A stretch of DNA of 64,000 nt from Orbicella franksi (lineage: Eukaryota), in the NCBI GenBank assembly GCA_964199315.1, contig OZ116702.1, positions 15,128,001 to 15,192,000 on the forward strand, given 5' to 3'. A model generated the notes under the pieces. It was not told the DNA's origin, ran no database searches, and was given only the letters and a program-made list of their open reading frames with translations. Of the stretch, positions 38,684-52,015 are shown piece after piece. How positions within the stretch are numbered: the stretch's first letter is position 1; each line of letters opens with the position of its first letter. The position numbers and the translations under genes were made by a program.

Positions 38684-40704
38684 ATGGCTTCTTCTAGTCA
38701 AGATTCTGACACAGTTATCCTCACCGAAGACAATATTTCCAGAGCTTCTTTAGCTGGAAGAAACCCTTCTTCACTAAAGAATGAAGAACTCAGGTTTTAG
38801 TTGTGATGTCGAGGCGATTCACTAAAGGGACTTAAGACGAAGGCACAGCTCATAAAGCGGTAAGCATCAAAACACAGAAACCAATCTAAGCACATGCTCG
38901 CATCTTTGTGATTTGCCTCAAGAGAACACATGAAATTTTGTTTCCGTCGTATTTAGAATTCTCTCTTTTTTTGCAGAGTCGACAAGTATGTTAAAAGCAG
39001 AAGGGATAAAATGGTGATCAATCCCGATCCCGATTAAATCTACACAAAACGAAAAGCAAGGGTTTCGAACCTTCCAAAAGACGCTGCTGCATCATCAAGT
39101 GTGAAATATCCGAGTGATGGCTGGGGTAAATCGCTTGAAAGGATGCCTGCTTTTACCAGAGCTGAGATGAACCAGCACGTGGCAAATTCTGGAAAACGAG
39201 TTGCCAATACTGAGCACCATTCGATTCCAACCAATTTGAGAAAAGCTAAAACCTTTTTGCAGGATGAATATTTGAAGGAGATCGAGGCAAACAGCGATCA
39301 AAGGTACTTTTATCTGAGGGCAAAGTGTTACCATAGTTTTAAGAAAAGTGAGGCTCCCCATGCTCTTCGTTTTGCCATGTGCATCGTCTCTGGTCAAGTC
39401 ATCCATGCAAACTGTTCATGCAAAGCTGGCAAAGTTGGTTACTGTAACCATGTTCTTACTTTAATGTTTAAAGCATGCAAGTTCAGTTTATTTGACAGCA
39501 AAGCAACAGATGATTTGTGTCAGGATGAGGATGAGCAGGCAGAACTAGCTTGCACTTCCCAGCTGCAGAAGTGGCACAAAAAGGGCCGAGGTGACAAAAT
39601 TTCTGCCCAGCCTGTAGTGGAAGTCACTATCTCAAAAACAAAACTCAATGAAACTAAGAGTAGAGACGGAGTTAAATGCCTCTTGTATGATGCCAGAGCT
39701 AATGCCCAGCATGATGTCAAAGCCAAAATGATGTTGAAAAAGGCCCTAAAGCAAATCAATCCTCAGATGGGTTTAGCACTTCTGGAAGAAGATGATTCCT
39801 CTACAAACAGTTGCGTGGAAACCAAATTCGGCGAGAGTCAGATTGATTCCTATTGCAGCTCTCAATTAACTCATACTGAGGCAAACTTTGAGGCTACTGT
39901 GGACATTTCATCCGTGCCTAGAGAAATTGTCGGTAGAGAAACAGAACTTACGTATCCGAGGTTTCCTCTAAACCCATGCAGTGATTTTGTCTTGCCTGAC
40001 AACTTAGACGATTCAGAAAAAGCACTCAATACCCTTGTTGTGGATGAGACAATTATTAACAATATTGAAGAAGCCACAAGCAACCAGTCATCCTCAGAGC
40101 AGCGGAAAAAGGAACGCAAGTTCAGATTTACGGCATCTAAATTTGATTTGATTTCAAAAAGGCAGAGGAATCACGAAAACTTTGCTGCAGACCTTATTAA
40201 TCCAAAACCAATTACTTCACAGTATGTTGAGCATGGATTAAAACACGAACCAATTGCACTTCAAGAGTATGAAAAAATTATGTTCACTTGAAAGACACCG
40301 GTAAAGGTTGTCAAGAGTGGTTTTGTTGTTTGTTTGGACATGCCAATTCTGGGGGCCTCACCAGATGGCAGAGTTGTGGATTTTGGATGCCAAAATCATT
40401 TTGGTCTGGCTGAGGTAAAGTGTCCGGAAACCAAGTTTCAAGTCACTCCACTACAAGCATGTCAGGACCAGAGTTTTTTTGCGAGGCTGTAAATGGATGT
40501 TACAAACTTAAACGAAATCATGCATACTACACTCAAGTGCAAGGTCAGATGGGCTGTAGTGGAGCCTCATGGTGTGACTTAATTGTGTATACAAAGAAGG
40601 GAATTTCAGTGGAAAGGATCCCTTTTGATGCTGCCTACTGGGCAACTCTGAAGCTTAAAACATATTACTTTACCCATTTCATCAAAACTGCAGCCAAATA
40701 CTAA
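38684..40704 (+). pseudogene. SAP-like + SWIM + YqaJ accessory gene of ISL2EU copy B
   Basis: Exon 1 ...CRGDSLKGLKTKAQLIKR, intron 38860-38976, CSCKAGKVGYCNH, RFTASKF, LGASPDG, EVKCP, YYTQVQGQM; several stops and frameshifts. Confidence 0.9.
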
Positions 40705-41572
40705 ACTTCCATTAGGTAAACAAATGTCTGGCATTGAAAGTACATGTTCATTTTACTTTTATATACATAATAACTGTAAGTTAAGCTTACTCCTGGTCAA
40801 GAATGGTTATGGATTAAAGCTTTTAAAGCTCCAATAGGCATGTGTTGCTCAACATCAACTTTCTCCTGGTAATGCAAAACTTAAACAACCACAAATCATG
40901 AGAGTAAAAGGGATTGATCACCAAAGACAAATAATTATGGTTTTGGTTTTTCAAAAAACCTTTCACAGGTACAACTAAACAACATCTACTGTATGTGGGA
41001 AACCAAATGAGGGGATTTGGTATTGATATTGAAGCTTTAAAAGTTGAGGAGAGTTGATGTTACATAACCAAATATGATCAGGTATAATGTGAAGTCATTT
41101 TTTAAAATAGTGATCAGCACCTTATTTTTTCAATTTTCATAGTGTGCAATGTGGAAATTAGAAATGAATGACAAATATGAAAAATTGACATACATGTTTG
41201 CATGATTGGCTGCAAAAACAGAATAGTTAAGTTACAGTCAGCACAAGAATTTTTTTTCATTATAATCAGTTTGTAAATATTCACAAAAGGTAGAATATTA
41301 AGTCACACAAGGTGATTCAGATGCAGGGCATTTAACTTAAATGTAAAAAAATTCTTTTTTATTTATAAAAAGATAGGGATATTACATTGTGGTAACATTT
41401 AATAAGGAAACAGTCACTCAAGGCTCATTCAAGTTAAAACATATGCTGATTCTGTACAATATTGTGGTACAATGTTATATTTTTTCACTGGATTTGAAAT
41501 AATCATTTTATATAAAAACAACCCTACGACCTGCCTGCTTGTCACTGTGTGAACTCGAGATTAATTTAAGTG

Positions 41573-43123
41573 CTAATAATGGGATCCTTCATGTTGCAAA
41601 ACATGGCACACACACCACATTTGATTCACTACCCCAAAAAGGCTCAGTGGAATAACCCCCTCAAATATAAGAAAATTCTTCACCTTATTTATAGCCCTTT
41701 CCACATGTATTCTTAAGCTAGCAATTTCTTGTGTTGCAATCACATCTTCAGCTGACATCTGATCAGACATTCCCAGAAAAGGAGGGACGTTCAAGGAAAC
41801 ACCAAGGGGTAGAATGTCTTCAATAGTAAAGCCTTTGTCAGCCATTACAGAGTCCCCATTTGAAAAGGGAAGTTTCAAGAAGCCACTTCGCTCTACTATT
41901 TCCCTGTCAGCTATACTGCCAGTATAGAGTTGGTCAATAAATGTTAAGAACCCTTTAGGTGAAATTCCCACCAATGCCATTAAAGTGGTATGGTGTTTAT
42001 ACAAGCTAAACAATTCACTATTTAAAAGAAGGCTGCTAGACATTTCACAGCGGATCTCGGTACAGTCAATAATGACCCTTGTGGTTGGATACTTTGCCTT
42101 CAAATCCTGAGGCATTGTCTCATTTACTAGTTCTCTAGAAGGCCAAATATTTATATGACCAAGTTTCAAATACATAGTTTATCCAAGAAATAAAGATTCT
42201 GCTGATTCTGCTCAGTTGGCTGAGAAACGTTAAATAAGTGAGCTACACGTAACTCGGCAAAACCTTGCCTCAGTCTACACAATGTCAAAAAGAACTCATC
42301 TACTGGTTTTAGAGACCTTTGCCTTCTTTGTTTCACAGGCTTAGCATTGCCAGCAATTTCCTTTCCAGACAACCAGTAATTTACGTTTTCTCCCCTGGCA
42401 CCAGGATCCAAAAAGTCGTATGCCACCATAGTCTCATAATTCGGAAACCCTGTATAAAATGCTGTTAACGAGTCATTTGATGAGATGTTTGTTAATGACA
42501 ACATCTGTTCCTTAAGTTGCTCGTTTTTCTGTTCCAGATCCACAATTTTTGCTTTTAATTGCAAAACCACTGCTTCCAGTTCTTCAATTTTTAAAAGAGC
42601 TGCAGATAGCTTCTCTTGAAGCTCGGTTATTATTATATTATTATGCTCCTGTCGCTCCAGTGTTTGCGGCATTTCTGCTGTTTCCGAAAAAGACGTCCCG
42701 TTGGCCATATTTGTAGAAGATGAATCATTGCATGTTACTTTGCTGAATTCGGTCACTGGATACATAACTTCGCTAAATTCTCTCACTAAATTGTTTGTCA
42801 CGGTTGTAGCCGTGAAACATGGAGTTGGCGGTGGCCGTTTACGAGGAGAACTTCACTTCCATGCGAAGATACTTGGCACAGCTCCTGGTTTGGGACTGAT
42901 CCTTCCATTGAGACTTTTCTTCAAATCTTCAGGCTTAAAATGCCTCGAACAAACCCTCGTTCCTTCTGATATAGAAAAATCCCTGCCTAGATCTTTTTTT
43001 TTGGATCCACTGCTTTCTGGTACCTGGATCATCTGGAAAACGAAAAAAGGATATCTTTTCCCCCGTATCTTTGTCTCGCTTATCCTTCTTCGTACACAAC
43101 GGAACGCAACATTGTGTTGGCAT
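41573..43123 (-). pseudogene. THAP + HTH + DDE_Tnp_4 transposase of ISL2EU copy B
   Basis: MPTQCCVPLC...RVCSRHF...GAVPSIF; FFLTLCRLRQG; IIDCTE; MADKGF; IASLRIHVERAI; frameshifted. Confidence 0.92.
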
Positions 43124-45664
43124 CTCTCAACTAACCTCCGAGTAGAAAATATTCTTGTCGGCCAAAGTTGTCCCCTACAGAGACTAAGGGAACCTTTTAC
43201 CCAGTTATTTTTCAAAAGATAAAAATTTCAAATATCTTCGCGTAGTTTTTACAGCTAAGACACTCCAATATAATATAAATCTAAGTGCGCTTCAAGGTTC
43301 AGCTGGCCTACCAAGCCTTGCTTTCATGTTTTCGAAACCAGGCCGTTCCGCGCGGCCGCCATTTATGGATACGGTGTATGATGTGGATGAAGTAAAAGTG
43401 CTGTGCAGGCAGTTCCAGTTTGACAGAGATCACACATTTGTGAAGTGGTAAAACTTCAAGTACCTGATGCCATCATGGAAGGTACCCTCTGCTGTTCTCA
43501 GGGGGAAAGATGACCTCTCTCCAACTGAGTTCATTCTAAGAGAAGTTGTTAAAGAGCAGGTGGCTCACAGAATCAACTTCCCACAAATCATGGATGCTGG
43601 TCAGATTTGCCTTATCCAGCCCATGTCTAATGCAGTTGTGGAACAGGGTGCAAGTGCAGTGGATAGGGTAAAGACAAGTTTGAGAAGTCGACTCAAGAAT
43701 GACATGATGGCCAGCCTGCTTTACATTTCTCTCAATGGCCCTAATCATAACACTGAAGAGTGCACAGAGATGGTTACAGAAGCAACCAAAGTCTGGAGAA
43801 CAATGCACTTCAGAAATCTGCCATTACTTAAGAAGCTCCCAATGGTTGGAGGATCAGACCATGAAGGCAGTCTTCACCATCCAACCACAAAGACTGACAT
43901 TGGTATACAGGTGGAATTTCCAGATGACCTTCAGGCCTCTAGAACTGAAGCCCAAGAAGATGGTGAAGTATCTGTGGAAACTGAACTTGATGCTCAAGTT
44001 CAGGTTGTAGCTCAGGCAGTTGCCAGCAATGCTGATTTGTGTCATGATGCACTGGATGCCATGGATATGGGAGAGGTTGAATCTGGTGTTGATTCAGACT
44101 TTGAGTTTGATATGGATGATGATTTGTTATCTCAAAAACTTGATCAAACGTATGTATATTGAGTCTATTGAGCTGGACTCATGGATTTCACTTTTAATTC
44201 ACTGAGAGAAGTAAAAGGATTTTAATGATGGGAAATAATAAGTAATGATTGTATTAGTATTGGGAGACAAATAAATATCTTGTTATCACTGTAATTATCA
44301 TTATAGACTCCAAAATATGCCCAAAAACTGACAGAAAAATTACGCATTTTTCCCTGCTGCAGTATGCCTAAAATGCATCTCCAGAGACCTATTTTTTAAA
44401 AATTTTCCACAGGGACATGTCCCGGACACCCTAGTTGCTTGAGCCCTCCAGGCTCTCGCAATACACGTGCTGACTACTTCAAAATTTTGGCTGACTACTT
44501 CAAAATCTGTGGAGAACACTGCTTTGAAGTATTATTCTAGAATTTATCCTGTTGGACAGTCGCCAAAGTTTTTTGAATCACGCCACGTCACAGTTATTTT
44601 CTCTCACGCTTACATACATCATGATTGAAATTTGTACCTTCAAACTGTGACGTTGATATCTCTAGCATTTTCTAGACCTACAGTCAGTATTAAATGATGA
44701 GAACTCTTCGCTATTACAATCACCTTTACACTCTGGTATTCCCACTTTTCTGGCACATAAAGTGCCTCTAGCATGCATTAATGTCACTTCAAAGCACCTG
44801 GGTCATGAAAAGTTTTACAAAGGAATTTGAACTGCTTGCCGATTTTTTTTGAAAGACTCAAATTTTGCTCAAATTTGGCATTACTGTGTTCTTATTGACC
44901 TCCTGAGTGCAAGGAATAACATATTACACTGCCATGAGGGAACATTCTAAAACATTTGGGCATGATTGAGAGACCGAAAAAGCCCACAGATTTGCCAGGA
45001 AGTATGGCCAATAGTGGCCAAACCAATGCCAAAAGTCCTTTATTTCTAGGATAAAGAATACATAGACACTAAAAATCAGAATTGCTGACCCAGTGCCAAA
45101 GGACATACTACATGACAGGAAAGCACCATATTTCCAGCATACAGAAATATGCTTTTCACATGCTTTACAGCCCAGCAGGCAACAACTTTATGTTATCTCA
45201 GTTAGACCGAGCTGAAAATCCTATGTGGAGGATCTCAAGTGCTCTTATGAATTTTCAATTCCAGATTACAGGGAAGAATTTGTATGTCAACTAGCTGGCC
45301 TTGACATTCAAGTTAAACCACCTGAATTCAAGCCTTCCACAGTAGAGCCTGGGAACGTAGAAGCTGCCCACATTGTAAATTAGTCTGCCACAAGAAAGTT
45401 GTGTAAACTTTGTTATGCAGCAACCAAGGAGCTGACAGTCCTCACATACTGTAGTGCACCAGTGCGAGGCATACCTAAATTGCATTCAGGACAAATATTG
45501 TTTTGAAATATGGCAGAGCAGACTATCCGCAATAAAGTGACTAAGAAATCCAAAACTATTGTAAACACGGCAAAACGTCAAAATTCCTGTTTTTTTTGTT
45601 CCCTTGCTTAATTTTTTCTTTTCATACTTAAAAAGTGTCATTTTGTGGTTGAAATTTATCTTCA

Positions 45665-45936
45665 GGGGAGTAGGAATGTCACAGTGGGGACAGCGCCTGT
45701 CTCCCAACAACGTGGCCCAGGTTTGATTTCCAGCCCAGTGCCATGTGTGGGTTAAGTTTGTTGTTGGTATTCACCTTGCTCAGAGGGTTCTCTCCAGGCC
45801 CTCCAGTTTTCCTCCCTCCACAAAAACCAACATCTCTAAATAACAATTCAACCAGGATAGAGGACCTGCATGAAAAACAGCCAAGGCTGATGGGGTTACC
45901 TCTCTAAATATAGTGATTTATTTTTATTATTTATTT
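45665..45936 (+). mobile_element. tRNA-derived SINE
   Basis: Decayed A/B-box head (cacagtgg; ggtttgatttcc), body gtgggttaagtttgttgttgg...ttttcctccctccacaaaaaccaac, and a (TTTA)n tail. Confidence 0.8.
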
Positions 45937-48104
45937 ACACTTCGAGACTCATTAGGCTTAGTCATTTCTAACCCATGAACAGTTTACTGCAGACATTTTT
46001 CTTTAGCGTCAAAAGTTGCAAGTTTCTTTCAATAATCACCAGCACCACTGTAATTTGTCATAGGATGCGCTAACTGTAAATACTACAACCTTTTTGGATT
46101 TTCAATGGATTTATGTCATATTTTCACCAGAGAAGGGTAGAAAGGATTGAGCTTCATTTCCTCTTTGAACAGTTTTTCTCAATATGTAAAGATATGATCT
46201 TGTTCAAGTTTTTCTGATTTTTTGGTATAGAGTGACATTTTTATGGCACTAATTAATCAGTAGTAGCTTATTAATAAAATTAATGACACAGAGGTATGAC
46301 TCTGCCCTTGTAGACCTGACCAATGGGAGGGAAAATGTATGACTGATGCTTGCCTTTGAAAAAGTGAAGACCATGAGAGTCTGTCTGGCAACAGGAGAAG
46401 GGAGTTTTCTGAGTTATCACTATAGACCTACTGTGAACCTTTGTGCAATAGCCAATAGCTCAGGACTTGGCAACTCAAAGCAGACAGCTAAAAGACCAAG
46501 AAAAAACTCATAATTATTGGAAACAGAAAACCAATATTGGGGATCCAGAAAAGGAAGAAGGTGAGGCTGTGAAATGAACACTTAAATGCCTGCTGATTCA
46601 GCTTGAAAGAAGGGGAAAAGGTCAAGTGCAACCCAGCAAAATGAAAGTCCCTCACTCCCACAGGAATACATAGAGGAGAGGAAAACAGAGAGCGAACACT
46701 TTGAGAGAATCAGAATGGAGCAACACATTTGTTACACAATTACAAACGTAATATTAAACAATTTTAACACAATTAAATTATATTTATTAACTTTCATTAA
46801 TAATTGAGTATTTGATAGTTACAGAGAATAAGTAACAAAGTGTTACATCTTTTGAATGAAACTCAGCAGTATGCTGGCACCAGATTTGGGACATAATCAG
46901 AAGTTTTGTTTAATTTAGAATTACCAAGTCATGAACAGACAGAGACATTCTGGTCCATTGTATGCTACCTTTCTTTCTTCCTTCCTCCTTTTTTTTTACG
47001 TGTATATTAATATGTTCCACTTTGTCTGCTCACAAAATATAAGCGGCACACCAGCTTTCTAGAGAATTTCAATAGTATAATGCTTGACTATGGCCCCAAA
47101 AGGAATTCCTTCAAGTAAGTAAATTAACGATTTATCAACTTGACATCCCCAATATCCTGTTGTATGTGCCTACAACATGGCACCCTTGAATGTTCAGTAA
47201 CAAATAAAATCTGTTGATTGAAATTTCTCTAAACAACAAAAATTTAAGGTGAAATTCAACTTGCACTAATTTTTTTATACCTGGGAATTTTAGTGTACCC
47301 AACAACTGATTGACTTGTTATTGCCATCATGGTTGGTTTAATTCTCTAAAAAACACAATCTGTCCTATCTTGCAGTATCTGGATTATTTTATTGCTGCAG
47401 GGCCAGCCAATTTAGATATTTTAAATTGTGCCCAAAATCGAAATACCTCTTTGTCTGCATGTAGGCTTTTTGGCCTTCCATGTTCAATCTTTTAAGATCC
47501 CTAACAAAGCACAGCTGCCTTTCAAAGTGCACTGTGCCAGTTTTGCTCATCAAGTTTCTTTCTAAAAGCACACCTTGCCTCTCATTGGTCGAACTTGTTA
47601 CTTGCATCATTAATGCTCAACAAAAAATTATTCCCACTTTTCACCAAGATACTATCAATTGATACTAGTCTTTGGAGGTTAAACATCAAAATGTATGCTG
47701 TATCCAAACTGCACAAACAAACCTGGATTAACAAACACAAATGGCTAAATTCAGTATAATTCCTGTATGGGAAGTTATTTACCAGCCAACAAGGTCATCA
47801 ATCCATGAAACAAAGGCCATATCTGTTGGAAGCAGTGACAACTAATGCCTTCCTAATGGTGTGCAACAAAGTACAAGTTGACACCAGCACAGACAAGCAG
47901 CCACTCAACCTCCTGACTATAATTTTTTGGATATAGAGGAACAAGTAAATACATTGTAACTGTTTCAACTAGGTTGTGCTCATCTCTTGTGCTCTCTTGC
48001 ACTAAGACTCCCTGTAGCCACATACCACATCATAGATTTTAATATTGTTTTTTTCCTTCTTTCCAACAGTTCAGTCCAAATGTTTCTTTTCTCTCAAACA
48101 AAGA

Positions 48105-48690
48105 CATCATCAGCTATTATGAGGCAGTAGGAAATTTGACCACGCAACTCCAATTCTAAAAGACTTCCGCTGGCTTTCTTTAAAATCACAGCTATATCTC
48201 CATGATGCAGTGTTAGTCTTGAGTGCATGACTGGCTCTGCCCCCTCATAACTCATTGCAGTTTAAAAAACATGGTGACCTAAGCAGTTGTACGACCCATA
48301 GCTCTAAATTCCTTCACGTCCCTTTATTTAAATCCAGATCTGGACAGGAAGTCTACTACCATGCAGTCAGCTTATGGAACAGTTAAGACAACTCTCTTAA
48401 ACTCTGCAACTCTGTTCCTTCTTTTAAACATAAATTAAGGGCTAATTTACTCACCACTTTCCTCAAGTCGGTCTTAGTTTTCATTTTTTCATTACCACAA
48501 TTTCTTCTTTTATACTCATCTTTATCTCATAACTTTTAGTGTCTGCTTTAAACTTATTTATATATTCTACTTTTATTTGTCATTGCATTATCGTAACTTT
48601 TAAAAAAGCCATCATTCTAACTTATGTTGCCTTTAAAATTTATCATTGTCAGTGAAAAGCCCTCTTTAGGAAGTTTCAATAAAGTTTGCA
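48105..48690 (+). mobile_element. L2/CR1-group LINE 3' fragment
   Basis: RKFDHATPILKD.RWL...CMTG.AP...VPLFKS..GQ....SLWN, then an AT-rich 3' UTR and AATAAA near 48678. Confidence 0.8.
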
Positions 48691-48714
48691 TTAATTACTG
48701 CCATAATTAGCCAG

Positions 48715-49199
48715 AGCACCTCATGTAGATTAATAAAACTTCTGCCACCAAAAAGAAGGTCATAACTCTGTCCCCGGAGGTCTTTAATATAATTCACAAG
48801 CTACATAAGTCGGTTCAAGGCAACACAACCAGAGATATCCCGCTTCTCCACACACTTTCCTCCAGAGAGGTGCTCATACCACTATATGACGGAGGAAAGC
48901 AGGATCATACGTTAGGGTTTGGGTTTGACGAGAAAGGCCGACTATTTCTGCGGGAAAAAAAGGATCAGTTTGTGGCTGAAGTTAATGAAGCAATTAGAAA
49001 GGGGGAAATGCCACCCAAATCAAAGATTCCCAAGCTTGTCCAGCGAATTGCCTGCACCCTCCATGTCTTCAATCACACAATGGAGGAACTACTGGCCAGT
49101 GTACCATCCACACAAACACTGACAGCAATAGCCAGTTCAACCTTGGAGAAAGCAGCATGTGAATCATCTGGAGTGGCAGAAGGAAATACTGTCAGGTAA
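48715..49199 (+). pseudogene. Uncharacterised coding remnant, possibly the C-terminal part of a DUF3987-like protein
   Basis: Open reading ...PPKSKIPKLVQRIACTLHVFNH...; the family assignment is from recall only. Confidence 0.35.
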
Positions 49200-50104
49200 A
49201 CCACTGGGTCCCATAGAGTCATAATGATATCAATCATTCAAACATGGCAAAAGATCAGCGCGTGCAATAGCTGTGGAGAAAGACAAACGTTAACCCATCT
49301 TTTTGTTACCTGTTCTAAAGCTCGGCTTTTTTGGTCTCTCTTTAGTAATTGATGGAGCTCCAAAAACGGAGATAAGATCACTCTCAATAAAAATGAAATT
49401 ATATATGCCGTGACAGATAACTTCACTCATCATCTTGACTTAAACCTCTGCATGACTATAGCCAAATATTATTTATATACTGCCTCAAGAAAAGAAGAGT
49501 TTTATTTCAATGCTTTCTTGGCGATTTTAACAAACAAAATTAAAATTGAGCAACATAAATCTAAGTCACACTTTAATATGTGAGAAAGCCTCCTATTGTA
49601 GCTAACCCCCTACATGAAAGTAATGTAAGATATTAACAAATTGTAAATAATATTAGAATGGTAAGTTTTGTTGGTATCGTTAAATTGTAAGTTACGTTAA
49701 CATTGTAAAGTAGGCAATTTTTTTATGTAATGTAATATTATTGCAATAACAAAAAAAACTGAAAACACAGCAGAAGAGCGAGGGCTTTGGACAAATTGTG
49801 GAATTCAGAATTTCCCGAGAGAGAAACACCTCCAAGTTTTTTTGGAAGACAAAGCATAACCCATGGCCCAAAAGTGCTAATGTCAACATAAAGGAATTTG
49901 ACATTGCTTGGGCAAAACCAACAACATGATGATGTAACAGCTCTTAATCTTAATTTCAATAATAATAATAATTTCATCTCAGAGTAGGAACAATACAAGC
50001 CAACAGATTGTCATTTCAATTATGTTTGCCAAGAAATTAGACTATGTATTTCATTTATAGCGCTTAAAGTTTGTCATTGCAAATTGTATATAGACACATT
50101 AATA

Positions 50105-50566
50105 CAGTTGAACCTCCCGTAAGCAACCACCCAAAATGTCAAGCCTAGGTGGTCACTTAAGGAAGGTGGTAGCTTACAAGAGCTTAGACCATAAATTATT
50201 GGGTCAAAATTTTGCCTTGTTGGCATAGGTAACTGCATAGACTTTTTAAATGTTTTATGTGAAAAGGAAATTTCGGAAAAACTCCAGTACTTCCCATTGA
50301 GAAATTTCAGTCTCTTGTACAACCCAGGAATGTGATGTTACAACACCTTATTATCCAATTTTCGCTCCATTATCTGTCAAGTGGTTGTTTATGGGAGGTA
50401 AAAAACAAAGAAAATTTCAAACTTTTAGCTCTAAAAGTAGTCTTGGTCACTTACGAGAGGTGGTTGTTTATGAGAAGTTCCAAATATAGTGATTTGGCTT
50501 GGATACATTTGGTGTTTTGGAAAACTAGTCGCTGAGGAGAGGTGGTCGCAACCGAAGGTTTGACTG
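50105..50566. mobile_element. Tc1/pogo-type MITE
   Basis: TA|cagttgaacctcc...accac and gtggtcgcaaccgaaggtttgactg|TA, with internal gtggt(c/t)gctta repeats. Confidence 0.85.
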
Positions 50567-52015
50567 TAATTTGAATAGCATTAAAAATGGGTTTTACCGA
50601 AATAGTATTTCATGTATTCTTAGAAAGAAGGGGACTTAAAGGCATTCAGGCTATGCATGTAAAATGAAGATAACAACTGGGGACTACTAATCTTCCTTAA
50701 ACTTACAAGGCTATAATAGAGGCTTGAAGTAGGCGACATATAATACCTAAATCTTGCTCTCGCAATCAAAACATTGAAAAAGTCAACGTCTTGCAAAGCC
50801 TTGCATTTACAATTTGCCACCGGCCTAACATAACCTACGTTACAGCTGACATTAATACACACAACATAGAGAGATTTCTTTTCCCACCGATCTCAATTGA
50901 TTTATGCCCGAACAGCGAACTGCGTACATCTAACCTCAAAACGCAGTTTGACCTTTGTAGTACACGTGGATCTAAAGGTTTCTAATAATCCACTACAGGA
51001 CTACAGACTGTAGTAGTTTAATACTTAGAACAATTAGAACAATCGATTATTCATCCACTACAAGACTATGGACTGCATTAGTGTTCCATTTTAATACCTA
51101 ATTCAATTGCTTATAAATTCATCCACTCAGACCACAGTAGCCACAGGCAGGCTAAGCTCTCTATCAGATTACCTTGGACATGACTCTTTCTTATAAGCGG
51201 TGTTATGTTACAAAGATTCGACTTTTAAGGGTTGTATGGAAACGCAACGTTAGTTTTGCTTTAAAAGTCAATTGTTCTTCTATTTTCTGAATAAAATCTA
51301 CCTACCCTGTTGCTGTGTTGTATTCTTTGTTGTTTGTCAGCTCCTCAGGTCAATTAGACGCAATTTCAGAGAGTTATCGTGATGGGTTTCCACTGCTAAA
51401 ATAAAGACCAGGCAAGAAACTGATTTCCGCTCAAAGTGAATAAATCCACTGAAAATAACCTTGCCAATTCAATTCCTCCATAGAATCAAAGAAGAGATGT
51501 TCCATATCAGTTCACTTGCTACGCAGTTCCGTCCACAATGCCTTCATTACAAAGATTTAGATTGCTTCACCTCACAAATGTGAGACTCATCTAAACCGTT
51601 CTGGACCATTTCACGGTCCGCATAGTATGTTGGGTAACTATAATTAGCCCGACACGGGTAGTCAGCATCCATTTGTCGACAGCCAAACCAAAATGCTCCC
51701 CAGGTCCCCTAGTGCTTTATTTGTCAAACCCACCAAGAGGAGCATTGTTTCCATCGACCAATCAAAATGAAGTCGAGTCATGTTTACAAAAGTGAGATCT
51801 TTCATAAGTTCAGAAGAAACCCATTGCAGCTAGGCAGCAAATCTTTTTGGTATTTGTAGAAAAATCTTGTTTCTAAGCACCAGGTGTCAGTTCTTCTTTT
51901 TCATGATGTAAGTACACTGTTGTGAGTTTTATTCTGTGCTTTTGAACTCGTAATTTGCCTATTGAATTTGAGGTGCGCATATGTTTTTCACAACTCGTGA
52001 TTTTGCTCAGTTGTA

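Larger units (their letters stand above)
38588..43377. mobile_element. Complete ISL2EU-type DNA transposon, copy B
   Basis: ~73 bp imperfect TIRs (acacc...ataaatggcggcc...ggcttggtaggcc at 38588-38660; inverse at 43305-43377) and AT TSD at 38586-87 and 43378-79. Confidence 0.92.
33021..44521 (+). pseudogene. hAT transposase (ZNF862/C17orf113-like), 5' truncated, split by a LINE and ISL2EU copy B
   Basis: TTF-like zinc finger (SFCDKT|GMWLVY...FCLLC, intron 33057-33197), ILVDEVTD, DASVMTG.NNGV, HCINHRLALAC, TRW-like region and the hATC motif PMSNAVVE...LRSRL...SLNGP. Putative right TIR ...ggagaacactg at 44521. Confidence 0.88.

Noticed and set aside
43467-44162. Intact domesticated ZNF862-like gene (231-aa ORF)
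   Set aside because: It is the tail of a hAT gene broken by two insertions, stops and frameshifts.
45665-45740. tRNA gene
   Set aside because: The A/B boxes are decayed, no cloverleaf is evident, and it continues into a SINE body and tail.
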